Shown: positions 16,229 to 25,675 of the stretch, one piece after another
Position numbering within the stretch: the stretch's first letter is position 1
Layout: each line of letters starts with the position of its first letter
Assembly: GCA_044229145.1 (NCBI GenBank)
Contig: JBGATO010000040.1
Coordinates: forward strand, 1-33,923
Source: Candidatus Eiseniibacteriota bacterium
Lineage (GTDB): Bacteria; Eisenbacteria; RBG-16-71-46; CAZEPH01
Reading direction: 5' to 3'
Length of the DNA stretch: 33,923 bases
Made by a program: the position numbers and the translations under genes
Notes under the pieces: generated by a model
Told to the model about the DNA's origin: nothing
Databases searched by the model: none
Seen by the model: only the letters and a program-made list of their open reading frames with translations

Positions 16229-17635
16229 TCAGCTCTTGCGCTTCAGTTGATAACCGCTCGGGCGCGTGTCCTCGACGATCACGCCCTGCTCGGCGAGCTG
16301 GGCGCGGATCGCGTCGGCGGTCGCCCAGTCTTTCGCCTGGCGCGCAGCCTCGCGCTGGTCGGCCAGCGCCACGATCGCCGCGTCGAATGTCTCCTCGCGC
16401 GGTTCGTTCCAGAACAGGCCGAGCAGCTCGCCGCACGCGCGCAACTCGGCGGCCGCGGCCACGAGCGCCTGCGGCTTGCCGTCGCCGGCCGCACGGTTGG
16501 CGGCGCGCGACAAATCGTAGAGACAGGCGATCGCGCGCGGCGTGTTGAAGTCGTCGCACATCGCGGCATGGAAGCCGTCGCGCGCGGCGGCGATCTCGGC
16601 GTCGAGTTCCTCGCCGCCGCTGCCGGCTGTCGCGCCCGCCGCTTCCGCGTCGCGTGCCAGCTTGAGCACCGCGTGCAGCCGCGCCAAGCCGACGCTGGTC
16701 TCCGACACGCGCTCCCACGCGAACTCGATCGCCGTGCGGTAGTGCGTGCCGATGACGTAGAGGCGCAGTGCCTCGGGGTCGTAGTCCTTGACGACGTCCT
16801 CGACCGGCACGAAGTGGCCGGTGGACTTCGACATCTTCTCGCCGCTCAAGTTGACGAAGCGCGCTTCGACCCAGTGGCGGCAGAACTCGTGGCCGGTGGC
16901 GGCCTCGCTCTGCGCGATTTCGTTTTCGTGGTGCGGGAAGAAGAGGTCTTCGCCGCCGCCGTGGAAGTCCAGCGTGTCGCCGAGATACTTCATCGCCATC
17001 GCGGAGCACTCGATGTGCCAGCCCGGACGGCCCGGCCCCCACGGCGTGTCCCACGCCGGTTCGCCCGGCTTGGCGCCCTTCCACAGCACGAAGTCGAGCG
17101 GGTTGCGCTTGTCCTCGTCCACCTCGATGCGCGCGCCGGCACGCAGCTCGTCGAGCTTCTTCCCCGAGAGCTTGCCGTAGCCGTCGAATTTCTCGACCGC
17201 GTAGAACACGTCGCCGCCGCTCGCGTAGGCGAAGCCCTTGTCGACCAGCGCCTGGATGATGTCGACGATCTCGGCGATGTGCTGCGTCGCGTACGGATAC
17301 ACGGTGGCACGACGGATATGTAGCGCGTCGGAGGCGCGAAAATACGCCTCGATGTTGCGCGCCGCGACGACGCTGTAGTCGACGCCCTCGGCGTTCGCCT
17401 TGGTGATGATGCGGTCGTCGATGTCGGTGAAGTTCTGCACGTAGGTGACGTCGTAGCCGCAGTACTCGAGGTAGCGGCGCATGACGTCTCCCGCCACGAA
17501 CGAGCGCATGTGGCCGACGTGCGGGCGGTCCTGCGGCGTCAGGCCGCAGACGTACATCCCGACCTTGCCGGGGCGCACGGGGACGAAATCGACGAGTTGG
17601 CGACGCAGATGGTCGTAGACACGAAGGGTCGGCAT
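16229..17635 (-). CDS. cysS: Cysteine--tRNA ligase
   Basis: MYVCGLTP...HVGH, NFTDIDD, GRPGWHIECSAM, DFHGGGEDLFFPHHENE, KMSKS, DDFNTP. Confidence 0.97.
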   Translation of the reverse strand: MPTLRVYDHLRRQLVDFVPVRPGKVGMYVCGLTPQDRPHVGHMRSFVAGDVMRRYLEYCGYDVTYVQNFTDIDDRIITKANAEGVDYSVVAARNIEAYFRASDALHIRRATVYPYATQHIAEIVDIIQALVDKGFAYASGGDVFYAVEKFDGYGKLSGKKLDELRAGARIEVDEDKRNPLDFVLWKGAKPGEPAWDTPWGPGRPGWHIECSAMAMKYLGDTLDFHGGGEDLFFPHHENEIAQSEAATGHEFCRHWVEARFVNLSGEKMSKSTGHFVPVEDVVKDYDPEALRLYVIGTHYRTAIEFAWERVSETSVGLARLHAVLKLARDAEAAGATAGSGGEELDAEIAAARDGFHAAMCDDFNTPRAIACLYDLSRAANRAAGDGKPQALVAAAAELRACGELLGLFWNEPREETFDAAIVALADQREAARQAKDWATADAIRAQLAEQGVIVEDTRPSGYQLKRKS

Positions 17636-17644
17636 AGTCGGGCG

Positions 17645-17674
17645 AGGGTACGGAGGGGCAGCGGGGCATGTCAA
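17645..17674 (-). promoter_or_regulatory. Putative promoter of (near-)leaderless cysS
   Basis: TTGACA-N18-TACCCT, 9 nt before the ATG; no SD. Confidence 0.5.
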
Positions 17675-17762
17675 GGAACGCACCGTGCCATCGGGCGACG
17701 TCACCCGCCAGGCGCGGATGGTGTAGAATCTGCAGGATTCCCCGCCCCCTGTCGGAGTGCCC

Positions 17763-18944
17763 ATGCCTGCCGTCCCGCGAGTCACCGCTTTGCTCACCGC
17801 GCTGGTCGCTGCCGCCTCGGCGGCCCTTCCGGCGCTCGCCGCGCCCGCGGTCTCGCCGCGGCCATCCGCCGTCCCGCTCCTCGACCACATCATCGTCATC
17901 GTCGAGGAAAACCACGCCTACGACGAGGTGCGGGTGCAGCCGTTCACGGCCAGCCTGATTGCCGGCGGCAGCTCGCTGTCGAATTCGTATGGCGTCACGC
18001 ACCCATCGCAGCCGAATTACCTGGCGCTGTGGTCAGGGTCGACGCAGGGCGTGACGAGCAACGTCTGCCCGCCGCCGGGGTCGCCGTTCCTCACCGAGAA
18101 CCTGGGGCACGCCTGCGAGGTGGCAGGTGTCACGTGGCGGTCGTACTGCGAACGCTTGCCGTTCGCGGGCAGCGACACGTGCGATGCCGACAACCAGCTC
18201 TACGCACGCAAGCACGCGCCGTGGACGCACTTCGGCAACCTCACCGCCCTGAACGAGCGGCCGTACGCAGACCTCGACGCCGACATCGCGGGCGGCACGC
18301 TGCCGCGTCTCGCCTTCGTGGTGCCCGACCAGTGCAACGACTCGCACAATGGCGGCGCGTGCTCGGTGGCGCTCGCGGACTCGTGGCTCGCCGCGCGCGT
18401 GCCAGCGTATCTCGACGCCGTCGGCCCGAACGGCATCGTCGTGCTGACCTGGGACGAGGACGACAACGTGCACGGCAATCACATCCTGACGGTGTTCGCC
18501 GGCGCACCGGTCAAGAGCGGCTACGTGTCGACGCGCTACACGACGCACTACACCGTTCTGCGCACGCTGTGCGATGCGCTCGGGCTGCCGCCGTTCGCGG
18601 CGGCGGTCGGCGAAACGCCGCTCGACGACATCTGGGTGACCAGCGGCTCGACGCCGGTCGACGCGCCGCACGGCCCGGTGGCGCTGTCGCCGCCACTGCC
18701 GAATCCGTCGCGCGGCGTGGTGCGGTGCGCGTTCGCGGCGCCCGCGGGGAAGCCGTTCGACGCGGCGATCGTGGATGTGCGCGGGCGGGTGGTGCGGACG
18801 TGGGCAGGTGTCACCACCACGCGCACGGCGCTCGAGTGGGATGGACGCGATGCCGGCCGCCGGCGCGCCGATGCCGGCGTGTATCTCCTGCGGGTGCGGC
18901 TCGACGGCGCCACGTGGGAGCGTCGCATCCTGCGTCTGCGCTAA
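17763..18944 (+). CDS. Secreted phosphoesterase (acid phosphatase/PLC-like) with C-terminal FlgD-Ig/T9SS-like domain
   Basis: Signal peptide; DHIIVIVEENH, THPSQPNYLAL, YARKHAPW, LTWDED; CTD PNPSRG...DVRGRVVR...WDGRD...AGVYLLRV. Confidence 0.88.
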   Translation: MPAVPRVTALLTALVAAASAALPALAAPAVSPRPSAVPLLDHIIVIVEENHAYDEVRVQPFTASLIAGGSSLSNSYGVTHPSQPNYLALWSGSTQGVTSNVCPPPGSPFLTENLGHACEVAGVTWRSYCERLPFAGSDTCDADNQLYARKHAPWTHFGNLTALNERPYADLDADIAGGTLPRLAFVVPDQCNDSHNGGACSVALADSWLAARVPAYLDAVGPNGIVVLTWDEDDNVHGNHILTVFAGAPVKSGYVSTRYTTHYTVLRTLCDALGLPPFAAAVGETPLDDIWVTSGSTPVDAPHGPVALSPPLPNPSRGVVRCAFAAPAGKPFDAAIVDVRGRVVRTWAGVTTTRTALEWDGRDAGRRRADAGVYLLRVRLDGATWERRILRLR

Positions 18945-18961
18945 CCCAGATCACACGCGAG

Positions 18962-18993
18962 ACGGCCCGCCCTCGTCGCCGAGAGCGGGCCGT
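18962..18993. terminator. Hairpin between convergent genes
   Basis: ACGGCCCGC-CCTCG...CGAGA-GCGGGCCGT imperfect inverted repeat. Confidence 0.55.
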
Positions 18994-19027
18994 TCGTGTG
19001 AGCACTCGCCGCGCCACCCCGCGCCGG

Positions 19028-19528
19028 CTAGTGCCCGTGTTCCTTCTTCCAATGGTGCTTCGCGGCCTTCCGCTCACGGCGCTCTTCACGCCGCTCTTCA
19101 CGGATCTCGTGCCGAATGTGGCCTGGCGGCACGCGGTATTCCACCGGCACCGTCACCCACCGCGTGCGGTACGTGGCCGGGACGAACAGCACCGCCGACG
19201 GCACGCGCTCCACGCGCACCGCAACCCACGGCCCGCCGATCTTGCGCGCCCGGAACCAGTAGCCGTCATCGTACGCCCAGTAGAAGTTGTCGAAGCGGTA
19301 GACGTCGTGATCGCAGCCGCGCACCGCGACGACACGCGACTGCGGGATGACCACGTACTCGGGCTGTGGGCTCGACACCGACACGCGGAACGCCGTGCGA
19401 TCGGGGCCGGGAATGCCGGCGCGGAAGAAGAGATCGACGTCGACCTCGGCGCGCGCGGGCAGGGCGTGGATCATCGTCGCGATCAGGGCGGCGCTACCGA
19501 GCGCCGCGCACCAGCGCAGGGGTTTCAT
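19028..19528 (-). CDS. Secreted hypothetical protein (aromatic-rich core, charged His/Lys/Arg tail)
   Basis: Signal peptide ending ARA|E; FYWAYDDGYWFRARKIGGPW; GAGGAGG SD. Confidence 0.75.
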   Translation of the reverse strand: MKPLRWCAALGSAALIATMIHALPARAEVDVDLFFRAGIPGPDRTAFRVSVSSPQPEYVVIPQSRVVAVRGCDHDVYRFDNFYWAYDDGYWFRARKIGGPWVAVRVERVPSAVLFVPATYRTRWVTVPVEYRVPPGHIRHEIREERREERRERKAAKHHWKKEHGH

Positions 19529-19686
19529 ACATCCTCCTCGAGAAGGGCCGGGGGACTGGACATCGGCAACAGAGTCCGGTCGCGCCCGTCAGGTTCCAGA
19601 CTTCGTGCAGCGTGGGGAGGACGCCACGGCAGTGGGGACGCGGCGATGGACCCCGCGTCCCGCACCTGGGTTGAATGCCCGCACGT

Positions 19687-20583
19687 CTAGAAGAGGCTGA
19701 ACTTGAAGTATTTCTTGGGATGCTTGAGCATGTCCTGGACGAGGCTGGATGCATCGCGGATCGTCGTGTGCAGGGTCGTGTAGAGCGTGTCGTCGTAGAC
19801 CATCTGGCCGATGGTGCCGTGGCCACTCCCGATCTGATCGCTCACCTTCTGCAGCGACGCGGACAGCACCATGAGCTGCGCGGTCAGCGAATCGAGGTGC
19901 GTGGCCGTCTCGGTCGCCGTGTGCAGGGATCGGCCGAGTGCATCGCCGTTCTCGCGCAGCAGGCGGTCGACCTGCTCGGTGCTGGTCTTCATGTTGGCGG
20001 TGGCGACGCGCACGTCGCCGCGGTTCTCCTTCGCCATCGCGCGCATCTCGCTGGTGAGCGCCGACATGTTCTGGATGATGCGTTCGAGATCGTGTCCGTC
20101 GGCGCCGCTGTGGAGCAGCGACTGCACTTGCCCGGTGAGGCCTTGCAGGTTTTGGATCATCGCCCCGGTGAGCGCCATCACTTCGGCGATGCCGGCGTCG
20201 AAATCGCCGTGCAGATGCGCGCCGTCGGCCAACGCCGGCGTGGTGTGCGCGGTGCGGATCAGCACGAACTTCTCGCCCATCATGCCTTGGTCGCGGATCA
20301 CCACGCGCGCGTCGGCGCCGACTTTGGCCTGGCGGTCCAGCGTGAGAACGGCCACCACGCTGTCGCCGGCGAGTTCGACGTGATCGACCAGACCGGCGTC
20401 GACACCGTTGACCTGCACTGGATCACCTTTGCTCAGGCCGCCGACCTCGGGAAAGGTGACGTGCAGCGCGTAGGTGCGGCGATTCACGCGCACGTTCTTC
20501 AGCCACAGGATGCCGACGATCAGGATCGCCGCCGCGAGCAGCACGGTGATGCCGACGATCACGTCACTCTTGCGTGAGGCCAT
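19687..20583 (-). CDS. mlaD: MCE/MlaD family substrate-binding protein
   Basis: N-terminal TM; FPEVGGLSKGDPVQVNGV, GMMGEKFV; helical region ending GTIGQMVYDDTLY...HPKKYFKFSLF. Confidence 0.88.
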   Translation of the reverse strand: MASRKSDVIVGITVLLAAAILIVGILWLKNVRVNRRTYALHVTFPEVGGLSKGDPVQVNGVDAGLVDHVELAGDSVVAVLTLDRQAKVGADARVVIRDQGMMGEKFVLIRTAHTTPALADGAHLHGDFDAGIAEVMALTGAMIQNLQGLTGQVQSLLHSGADGHDLERIIQNMSALTSEMRAMAKENRGDVRVATANMKTSTEQVDRLLRENGDALGRSLHTATETATHLDSLTAQLMVLSASLQKVSDQIGSGHGTIGQMVYDDTLYTTLHTTIRDASSLVQDMLKHPKKYFKFSLF

Positions 20584-20606
20584 GGGATCCTCGTCTGCCG
20601 GGCGCG

Positions 20607-21365
20607 CTACAGCCGGATCGGGCCGGTCGCGCGTCCCTCGATGAACTGCCGGACGTAGGGATTATCGGTCGTTTTGATGTCGTCCGGTGTTCCCTGGAAG
20701 ATGATCGCCCCTTGGTAGAGCATGGCGATCTGGTTGCCGACCTTGTACGCGCTGGTCATGTCGTGCGTCACCACCACCGAGGTGATGCCGAGCTGATGCT
20801 GCAAGCGCAGGATGAGTTCATTGATGACGTCGGACATGATCGGGTCGAGGCCGGTGGTCGGTTCGTCGTAGAGCACGATCGCCGGATCGAGGGCGATGGC
20901 GCGCGCCACGCCGACACGCTTGCGCATGCCGCCGCTGAGTTCCGCCGGGTACTTGCGCTCGACGCCTTCGAGGCCGACCAGCACGAGACAGTCGCGCACC
21001 CGTGCCTCGATCTCGCGCGCGGTCAGCGTCGAATGGTGCACCAGCCCGAGCCCGACGTTCTCGCCGACGCTGAGCGAGTCGAAGAGCGCGGCGCCTTGGA
21101 AGACGAAACCGAGAGTCCGGCGCACGCGGAAGAGATCGGCACGCGACAGCGCCGCGATGTGTTCGCCGCCGACGAGGACTTCGCCGGCGTCCGGCTGCAA
21201 CAGGCCGACGATGTGCTTCAGCATGACGCTCTTGCCGCTGCCGCTGCGGCCGATGATGACCGTGGTGTCGCCGCGCGCGATGGCCAGCGACGCCCCGGCG
21301 AGCACCTGCTGGCCGCCGAAGCGCTTCGACACCTCGCGCAGTTCGATCATCGGCGTCTCGGCCAT
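20607..21365 (-). CDS. mlaF: MlaF-type ABC transporter ATP-binding protein
   Basis: GRSGSGKS, FQGAALFDSL, LSGGMRKRV, LYDEPTTGLDP, VTHD. Confidence 0.92.
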   Translation of the reverse strand: MAETPMIELREVSKRFGGQQVLAGASLAIARGDTTVIIGRSGSGKSVMLKHIVGLLQPDAGEVLVGGEHIAALSRADLFRVRRTLGFVFQGAALFDSLSVGENVGLGLVHHSTLTAREIEARVRDCLVLVGLEGVERKYPAELSGGMRKRVGVARAIALDPAIVLYDEPTTGLDPIMSDVINELILRLQHQLGITSVVVTHDMTSAYKVGNQIAMLYQGAIIFQGTPDDIKTTDNPYVRQFIEGRATGPIRL

Positions 21366-21366
21366 C

Positions 21367-22251
21367 TCAGGCTCCGAACAGCGCGCGGAAGATCACCGCG
21401 GCCAGGATGTAGTCGCCGATCAGGATGAGCACGCTCGACGCCACCACCGCCTTCGTCGTCGCGCGTCCGACGCCTTCCGCGCCGCCGTGCGTCTCGAAGC
21501 CGTAATAGCAGCCCATCGCGGTGATGGTGTAGCCGAACACGAGCGCCTTCACCAGGCCTCCCGTGACATCGACCGTGTTGAAGAACATGCGCAGGCCGTT
21601 GATGAAGTCTTGGTGTCCGACGCCGATCGCCAGCGTCGCGACGATGTACGCGCCGTAGATCGCGAGCGCGTCGGCGAACACCGTGAGCACCGGCAGCATG
21701 ACGAGGCCAGCGAGCACGCGCGGCACCACGAGATATTCGATCGGGTCGATGGCCATCGCTTCCATCGCGTCGATCTGCTCGGTGACGCGCATGGTGCCGA
21801 GTTCGGCGGCGATGCTGGCGCCCACGCGTCCCGCCACCACCAGCGCGGTGAGCACCGGCCCGAGTTCGATCACCACCGACTTGCCGACCACCGTGGCGAT
21901 GAAGCGCAGCGGAATGTAGTCCTGCATCTGATACGCCGCCTGCACGGCGGCCACCGCGCCGACGAACAGTGAGGTCACCAACACCAGCGGCAACGAGTCG
22001 ATGCCGATACCGATCATCTGCGCGACCACGAGATTCGGCCCGCGCCGCGGCGCGCGATGCAACTTGCCGGAGAACCGTGCGAGGAAGCGCGACACCGCGC
22101 CCACTTCGGCGAGCCAGTCGAGCAATCCTTTGCCCACCGACCCTGCCGCCGTCGTCAGGCCCTCTTCCGCCGCCTCGCGCACCGCGTCGGCCACCTGCTC
22201 GACCGTCGGGGGCGCTCCGCCCGAAGGGGGCGGATCCTCATGCGAGGTCAT
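21367..22251 (-). CDS. mlaE: MlaE family ABC permease
   Basis: ELGPVLTALVVAGRVGASIAAELGTMRVTEQIDAME, GGAEGVGRATTKAVV. Confidence 0.92.
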   Translation of the reverse strand: MTSHEDPPPSGGAPPTVEQVADAVREAAEEGLTTAAGSVGKGLLDWLAEVGAVSRFLARFSGKLHRAPRRGPNLVVAQMIGIGIDSLPLVLVTSLFVGAVAAVQAAYQMQDYIPLRFIATVVGKSVVIELGPVLTALVVAGRVGASIAAELGTMRVTEQIDAMEAMAIDPIEYLVVPRVLAGLVMLPVLTVFADALAIYGAYIVATLAIGVGHQDFINGLRMFFNTVDVTGGLVKALVFGYTITAMGCYYGFETHGGAEGVGRATTKAVVASSVLILIGDYILAAVIFRALFGA

Positions 22252-24869
22252 TCGTCGCCCAGCGTCGCCATCTCGAAGCGCGCGTACCGCGACAGGAAGC
22301 GCAGGTCGAACGAGCCGGTCGGCCCGTGCCGGTGCTTCGCCACCTCACACCGCACATTGAACACGTCGGGACGATTCTCGCTGTTGGCTTCGGCGTCAGG
22401 CTTGTATAAGAAAATAACAGCGTCAGCGTCTTGTTCAATGGCACCACTATTATGTGTTACTACTTGATCCGCCAGCCACGATGCGGGACCCGGCACCGTG
22501 AGATCGAAGACGTCCTCGACGCCACACGATTCGATAGCGGTCACGCGGTCCCAGAAGAGCGCGCTGGTCGCCAATTCGATGAGCACGTCGTCTTCGAGCA
22601 TCCACCCGTACTCGAGCGCGAGCCCCCGGGAAGGCGCGAAGCGCACCTGCGTTGCCGCTCCCCCATGCGCGAGCCCGCGGTGACGTTCGACATCCGTGCG
22701 CGACAAGCCGCGCTCCGCCATCAGCGCGACGATGCGCTCGCTCGCCTGCACCGGCAGCGTATCCACGTTGGTGTTCGCGGCAACATCTTCCACCGCGTCC
22801 TCGAAGCGCCATGCGTCGTGCTGCCGCGGCCCGAACGCGCCCACCGTGCGCAGGAACAGCCGCTGATCCCGCGCTCCGCTCACGTGCACGGCGTACACCG
22901 GCCGGTGCTCGCCCTGCGGCGTGCGGCGGATGCGCGCCACGATCTCGAGCCGCGCCAGCAAGGCCGCGACGTCGTGTGCCAGGCGCTCGCTGCTGGTGGC
23001 GAAGTACAGCGCGCGCGCCCCGTTTCGCCCCACGTGGATGCAGCCATCGGTGGCCCACAGATGCCGCAGCAGGAGCGCGATCTGCGCGTTTCCGAGCCGG
23101 AACGCGGCGTCCGGCACCCGCTTCTCGTGCGACCGCTGCCCGAAGATCCCGAGTTCGCGCAGCCACGCGTTGACGCCGGCGGGCCGCCAGCGCGTTCCAT
23201 TGCCGCTGATCAGGAGCTGGTGCCACGCGCCGCGCCCCGCGTACCGCTTCACCTCACAACCGAACTCCTGCCGCGCCGCGTGTGCAACGATGTCGCTGTT
23301 CTCCTCGGAGGCGGTGACGTAGCGCATCGGCTGACCGGACAAGTAGCTGCCGTCGCCGATCAGCTGCCCGAGGAGCGCGACGCGCAGGTCCGGCCACTCC
23401 TCGACCGTCTCGGGCTGCGGCACGGCGCGCGCCAGCGCCAGGCGGTCGCCCACCGCGAGATCGCGCACCCGCACCCAGCCGTCGTAGCCATAGAGACGAT
23501 GGTCGGCGGTGCACCGCACGCGCCGTCCGCTCGCCAGCCGCACGTCGAAGACCTCGCGCGCGCCGACCTTCCACACCTTGTCGCTCTCCGCGGTGACGAA
23601 GTGGCCCTCCGGCGCCATCGCCCACACCCGCGGCGTCTGTCCGACGAGCGAGGCGATCGGCACGCGGCGCCCGTCGGCGAGCGCAACCAGCGTGTCGCCG
23701 GTGACGCACTCGCGCAGGTCCGACAGCATCGGCCGCGAGTTGTCGCGCTTCTCCACCGCGCGCGACAGCTGCGACAGCGCGATGACCGGGATCTCGAGAT
23801 CCTTCGCCAACGCCTTGAGGCCGAGTGAGATTTCGGCGATCTGCTGCTGGCGGCTTTCCTCGCGGCCGGTGCCGCGCATCAACTGCAAGTAGTCGACGAA
23901 CACCGCGCCGATGCCATAGTCCGCGCGCAGCCGCCGCGCCTTGGCGCGCAACTCCAGCACGCTCAATCCCGCGCTGTCGTCGATGAGGATCTTGGTGTCG
24001 AACAGTTTGCCGGCGGCGTTGACGAGATTCTTCCAGTCGTCGCGGCTCAAGTACTCGCCGGTCATCGCGCGCTGCGATTCGACGCGCGCCTTGGCGCACA
24101 GCATGCGTACCGCGAGCTCGTCCATCGACATTTCGAGCGAGAAGATGGCGATCGGCACGCCCTCGTGACCGGGCGATCCCATCGCCATGTTCTCGGCGAC
24201 ATTGAGCGCGAACGATGTCTTCCCGACCGCCGGCCGGCCGGCGAGGATGATCAAGTTGCCCTTGCGAAAGCCGCTGGTGATGCGATCGAGATCCGGATAG
24301 CCGCTGGCGAGACCGGAGAATTTCTCCTCCTTCTTCCACAAGCGCTCGATGTGCGCCAGCGTGTCGTTCATCACTTCGGCGATGGACCGCGCGCCGCGCT
24401 TGAGACGCTGGCGTGAGATCTCGAACAGCAATTTCTCGGCGCGGTCGATGACGGCGTCGGCGTCGTCGCTGGTGTTGAAGCCGAGATGCGTGATCTCGCC
24501 GCCGGCTTCGATCAAGCGCCGCAGCACAGCGCGGTCGCGGACGATGCGCGCGTGGTGTTCGACGTGCGCGGTGGTGGCGACGTGCTCGAACAACTCGGCG
24601 AGGTACGCTTCGCCGCCCACCGCGTCGAGTTGCTTCTGTTTGCGCAAGCGTTCGGTGAGCGTGACGACATCCACCGGCGAGCCGGTTTCCCACAGCTCGA
24701 GAATGGCGCGGTAGATGCGCTTGTGCGCGCCGGCGTAGAACGGCGATTCGCCCTTCTCGTCCTCGAGCCCAAGCAGTTCGACGGCGCGCGAGATCGCGTG
24801 GGTGGACAGCAGCATCGCGCCGAGAACCGACTTCTCGGCGTCGAGCGAATGCGGCGGAACCATGCTCAT
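22248..24869 (-). CDS. dnaB: Replicative DNA helicase DnaB, intein-containing
   Basis: PPHSLDAEKSVLG, Walker A GRPAVGKT, FSLEMS, VDYLQLM, ALSQLSR, SDLRE|intein|SGAIEQDAD, KHRHGPTG; ATG 24869 overlaps the udg stop. Confidence 0.96.
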   Translation of the reverse strand: MSMVPPHSLDAEKSVLGAMLLSTHAISRAVELLGLEDEKGESPFYAGAHKRIYRAILELWETGSPVDVVTLTERLRKQKQLDAVGGEAYLAELFEHVATTAHVEHHARIVRDRAVLRRLIEAGGEITHLGFNTSDDADAVIDRAEKLLFEISRQRLKRGARSIAEVMNDTLAHIERLWKKEEKFSGLASGYPDLDRITSGFRKGNLIILAGRPAVGKTSFALNVAENMAMGSPGHEGVPIAIFSLEMSMDELAVRMLCAKARVESQRAMTGEYLSRDDWKNLVNAAGKLFDTKILIDDSAGLSVLELRAKARRLRADYGIGAVFVDYLQLMRGTGREESRQQQIAEISLGLKALAKDLEIPVIALSQLSRAVEKRDNSRPMLSDLRECVTGDTLVALADGRRVPIASLVGQTPRVWAMAPEGHFVTAESDKVWKVGAREVFDVRLASGRRVRCTADHRLYGYDGWVRVRDLAVGDRLALARAVPQPETVEEWPDLRVALLGQLIGDGSYLSGQPMRYVTASEENSDIVAHAARQEFGCEVKRYAGRGAWHQLLISGNGTRWRPAGVNAWLRELGIFGQRSHEKRVPDAAFRLGNAQIALLLRHLWATDGCIHVGRNGARALYFATSSERLAHDVAALLARLEIVARIRRTPQGEHRPVYAVHVSGARDQRLFLRTVGAFGPRQHDAWRFEDAVEDVAANTNVDTLPVQASERIVALMAERGLSRTDVERHRGLAHGGAATQVRFAPSRGLALEYGWMLEDDVLIELATSALFWDRVTAIESCGVEDVFDLTVPGPASWLADQVVTHNSGAIEQDADAVIFLYKPDAEANSENRPDVFNVRCEVAKHRHGPTGSFDLRFLSRYARFEMATLGDE
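22449..23708 (-). mobile_element. 420-aa intein with LAGLIDADG homing endonuclease
   Basis: Starts CVTGDT after SDLRE, block B TADHRL, LAGLIDADG-like LLGQLIGDG and LLRHLWATDG, ends VFDLTV...VVTHN followed by Ser+1. Confidence 0.95.
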
Positions 24870-25675
24870 GTGTCGGACGAAGCTCCCGCGGCCATCGGCA
24901 GACCGGCGATCTGCATCACTACCTGCAGGTCTTCCCAGAACGGACGCTTGAAGTGCGGATTGCGCAGGATCGCCGCCGGGTGATACGTGGCGACGGTCGG
25001 AATGCCGTGGAAGTCGTGGGTGCGGCCGCGCAGGCTGGTGAGCGTCGCCTTCTGGCCCTTCGGCACCAAGAGCCACGTCGCGGCGGTGAGACCGAGCGCG
25101 ACGATCACGGTCGGACGCAGGAGCGCGATCTGTTGCCGCAGGTACGGCATGCACGCCTCCGCTTCCTCGACCGTCGGCACGCGGTTGCCCGGCGGGCGCG
25201 ACTTCACGATGTTGGCGATGTAGACGTCGTCGCGCGTCAGCTTGAGGCCGCCTTCGATGGCGCGCGTCAGCAACTCGCCGGCGCGGCCGACGAACGGTTC
25301 GCCCTGCAGGTCCTCGTTCTCGCCCGGACCTTCGCCGACGAACATGATGCCGGTGCGGCACGAGCCGACGCCGAACACCGGATTGGTGCGCGTTGCGTGC
25401 AACGGACACTTGGTGCACGCCGCCACCTCGGCGCTCAACGCGCGTAGCGCGGCGAGGATCTCCGGCGTCGCGCGGTCGAACGACGGCGGCGCGGCGATGG
25501 CGGGCGCGTCGATCGCCGCGACGGGTGCCGCGGCGGGTGCGTCTGGGGTGACCACGAGTTCCTCCGTCGCGTGCCACGGCGCCACGAGCACCGGCTCGCC
25601 GAGGCCGGCGTGTTGTTCGAGATAACGGCGCGCATCGGCGAGCGCGGCGAGCGCTTCGTCCCGCGGATCGCTCAC
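24866..25675 (-). CDS. Uracil-DNA glycosylase, family 4
   Basis: CTKCPL, FVGEGPGENED, PFVGRAG, RPPGNR, TYHPAAILR; GTG start overlaps the coaBC stop. Confidence 0.92.
   Translation of the reverse strand: MSDPRDEALAALADARRYLEQHAGLGEPVLVAPWHATEELVVTPDAPAAAPVAAIDAPAIAAPPSFDRATPEILAALRALSAEVAACTKCPLHATRTNPVFGVGSCRTGIMFVGEGPGENEDLQGEPFVGRAGELLTRAIEGGLKLTRDDVYIANIVKSRPPGNRVPTVEEAEACMPYLRQQIALLRPTVIVALGLTAATWLLVPKGQKATLTSLRGRTHDFHGIPTVATYHPAAILRNPHFKRPFWEDLQVVMQIAGLPMAAGASSDT

Noticed and set aside
14880..18002. 1040-aa ORF suggesting a giant aminotransferase fusion
   Set aside because: The N-terminal part is an off-frame read through cysS; the real start is ATG 16193 with an AGGAGG SD.
19570..19600. 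ECF-sigma promoter (GGAACC...GACTCT on the minus strand) upstream of the secreted protein at 19528
   Set aside because: The -10 match is too weak to support without a known cognate sigma factor.
24870..25577. N-terminal extension of DnaB (1109-aa ORF)
   Set aside because: Overlaps udg in another frame; DnaB homology begins at MSMVPPHS (24869).
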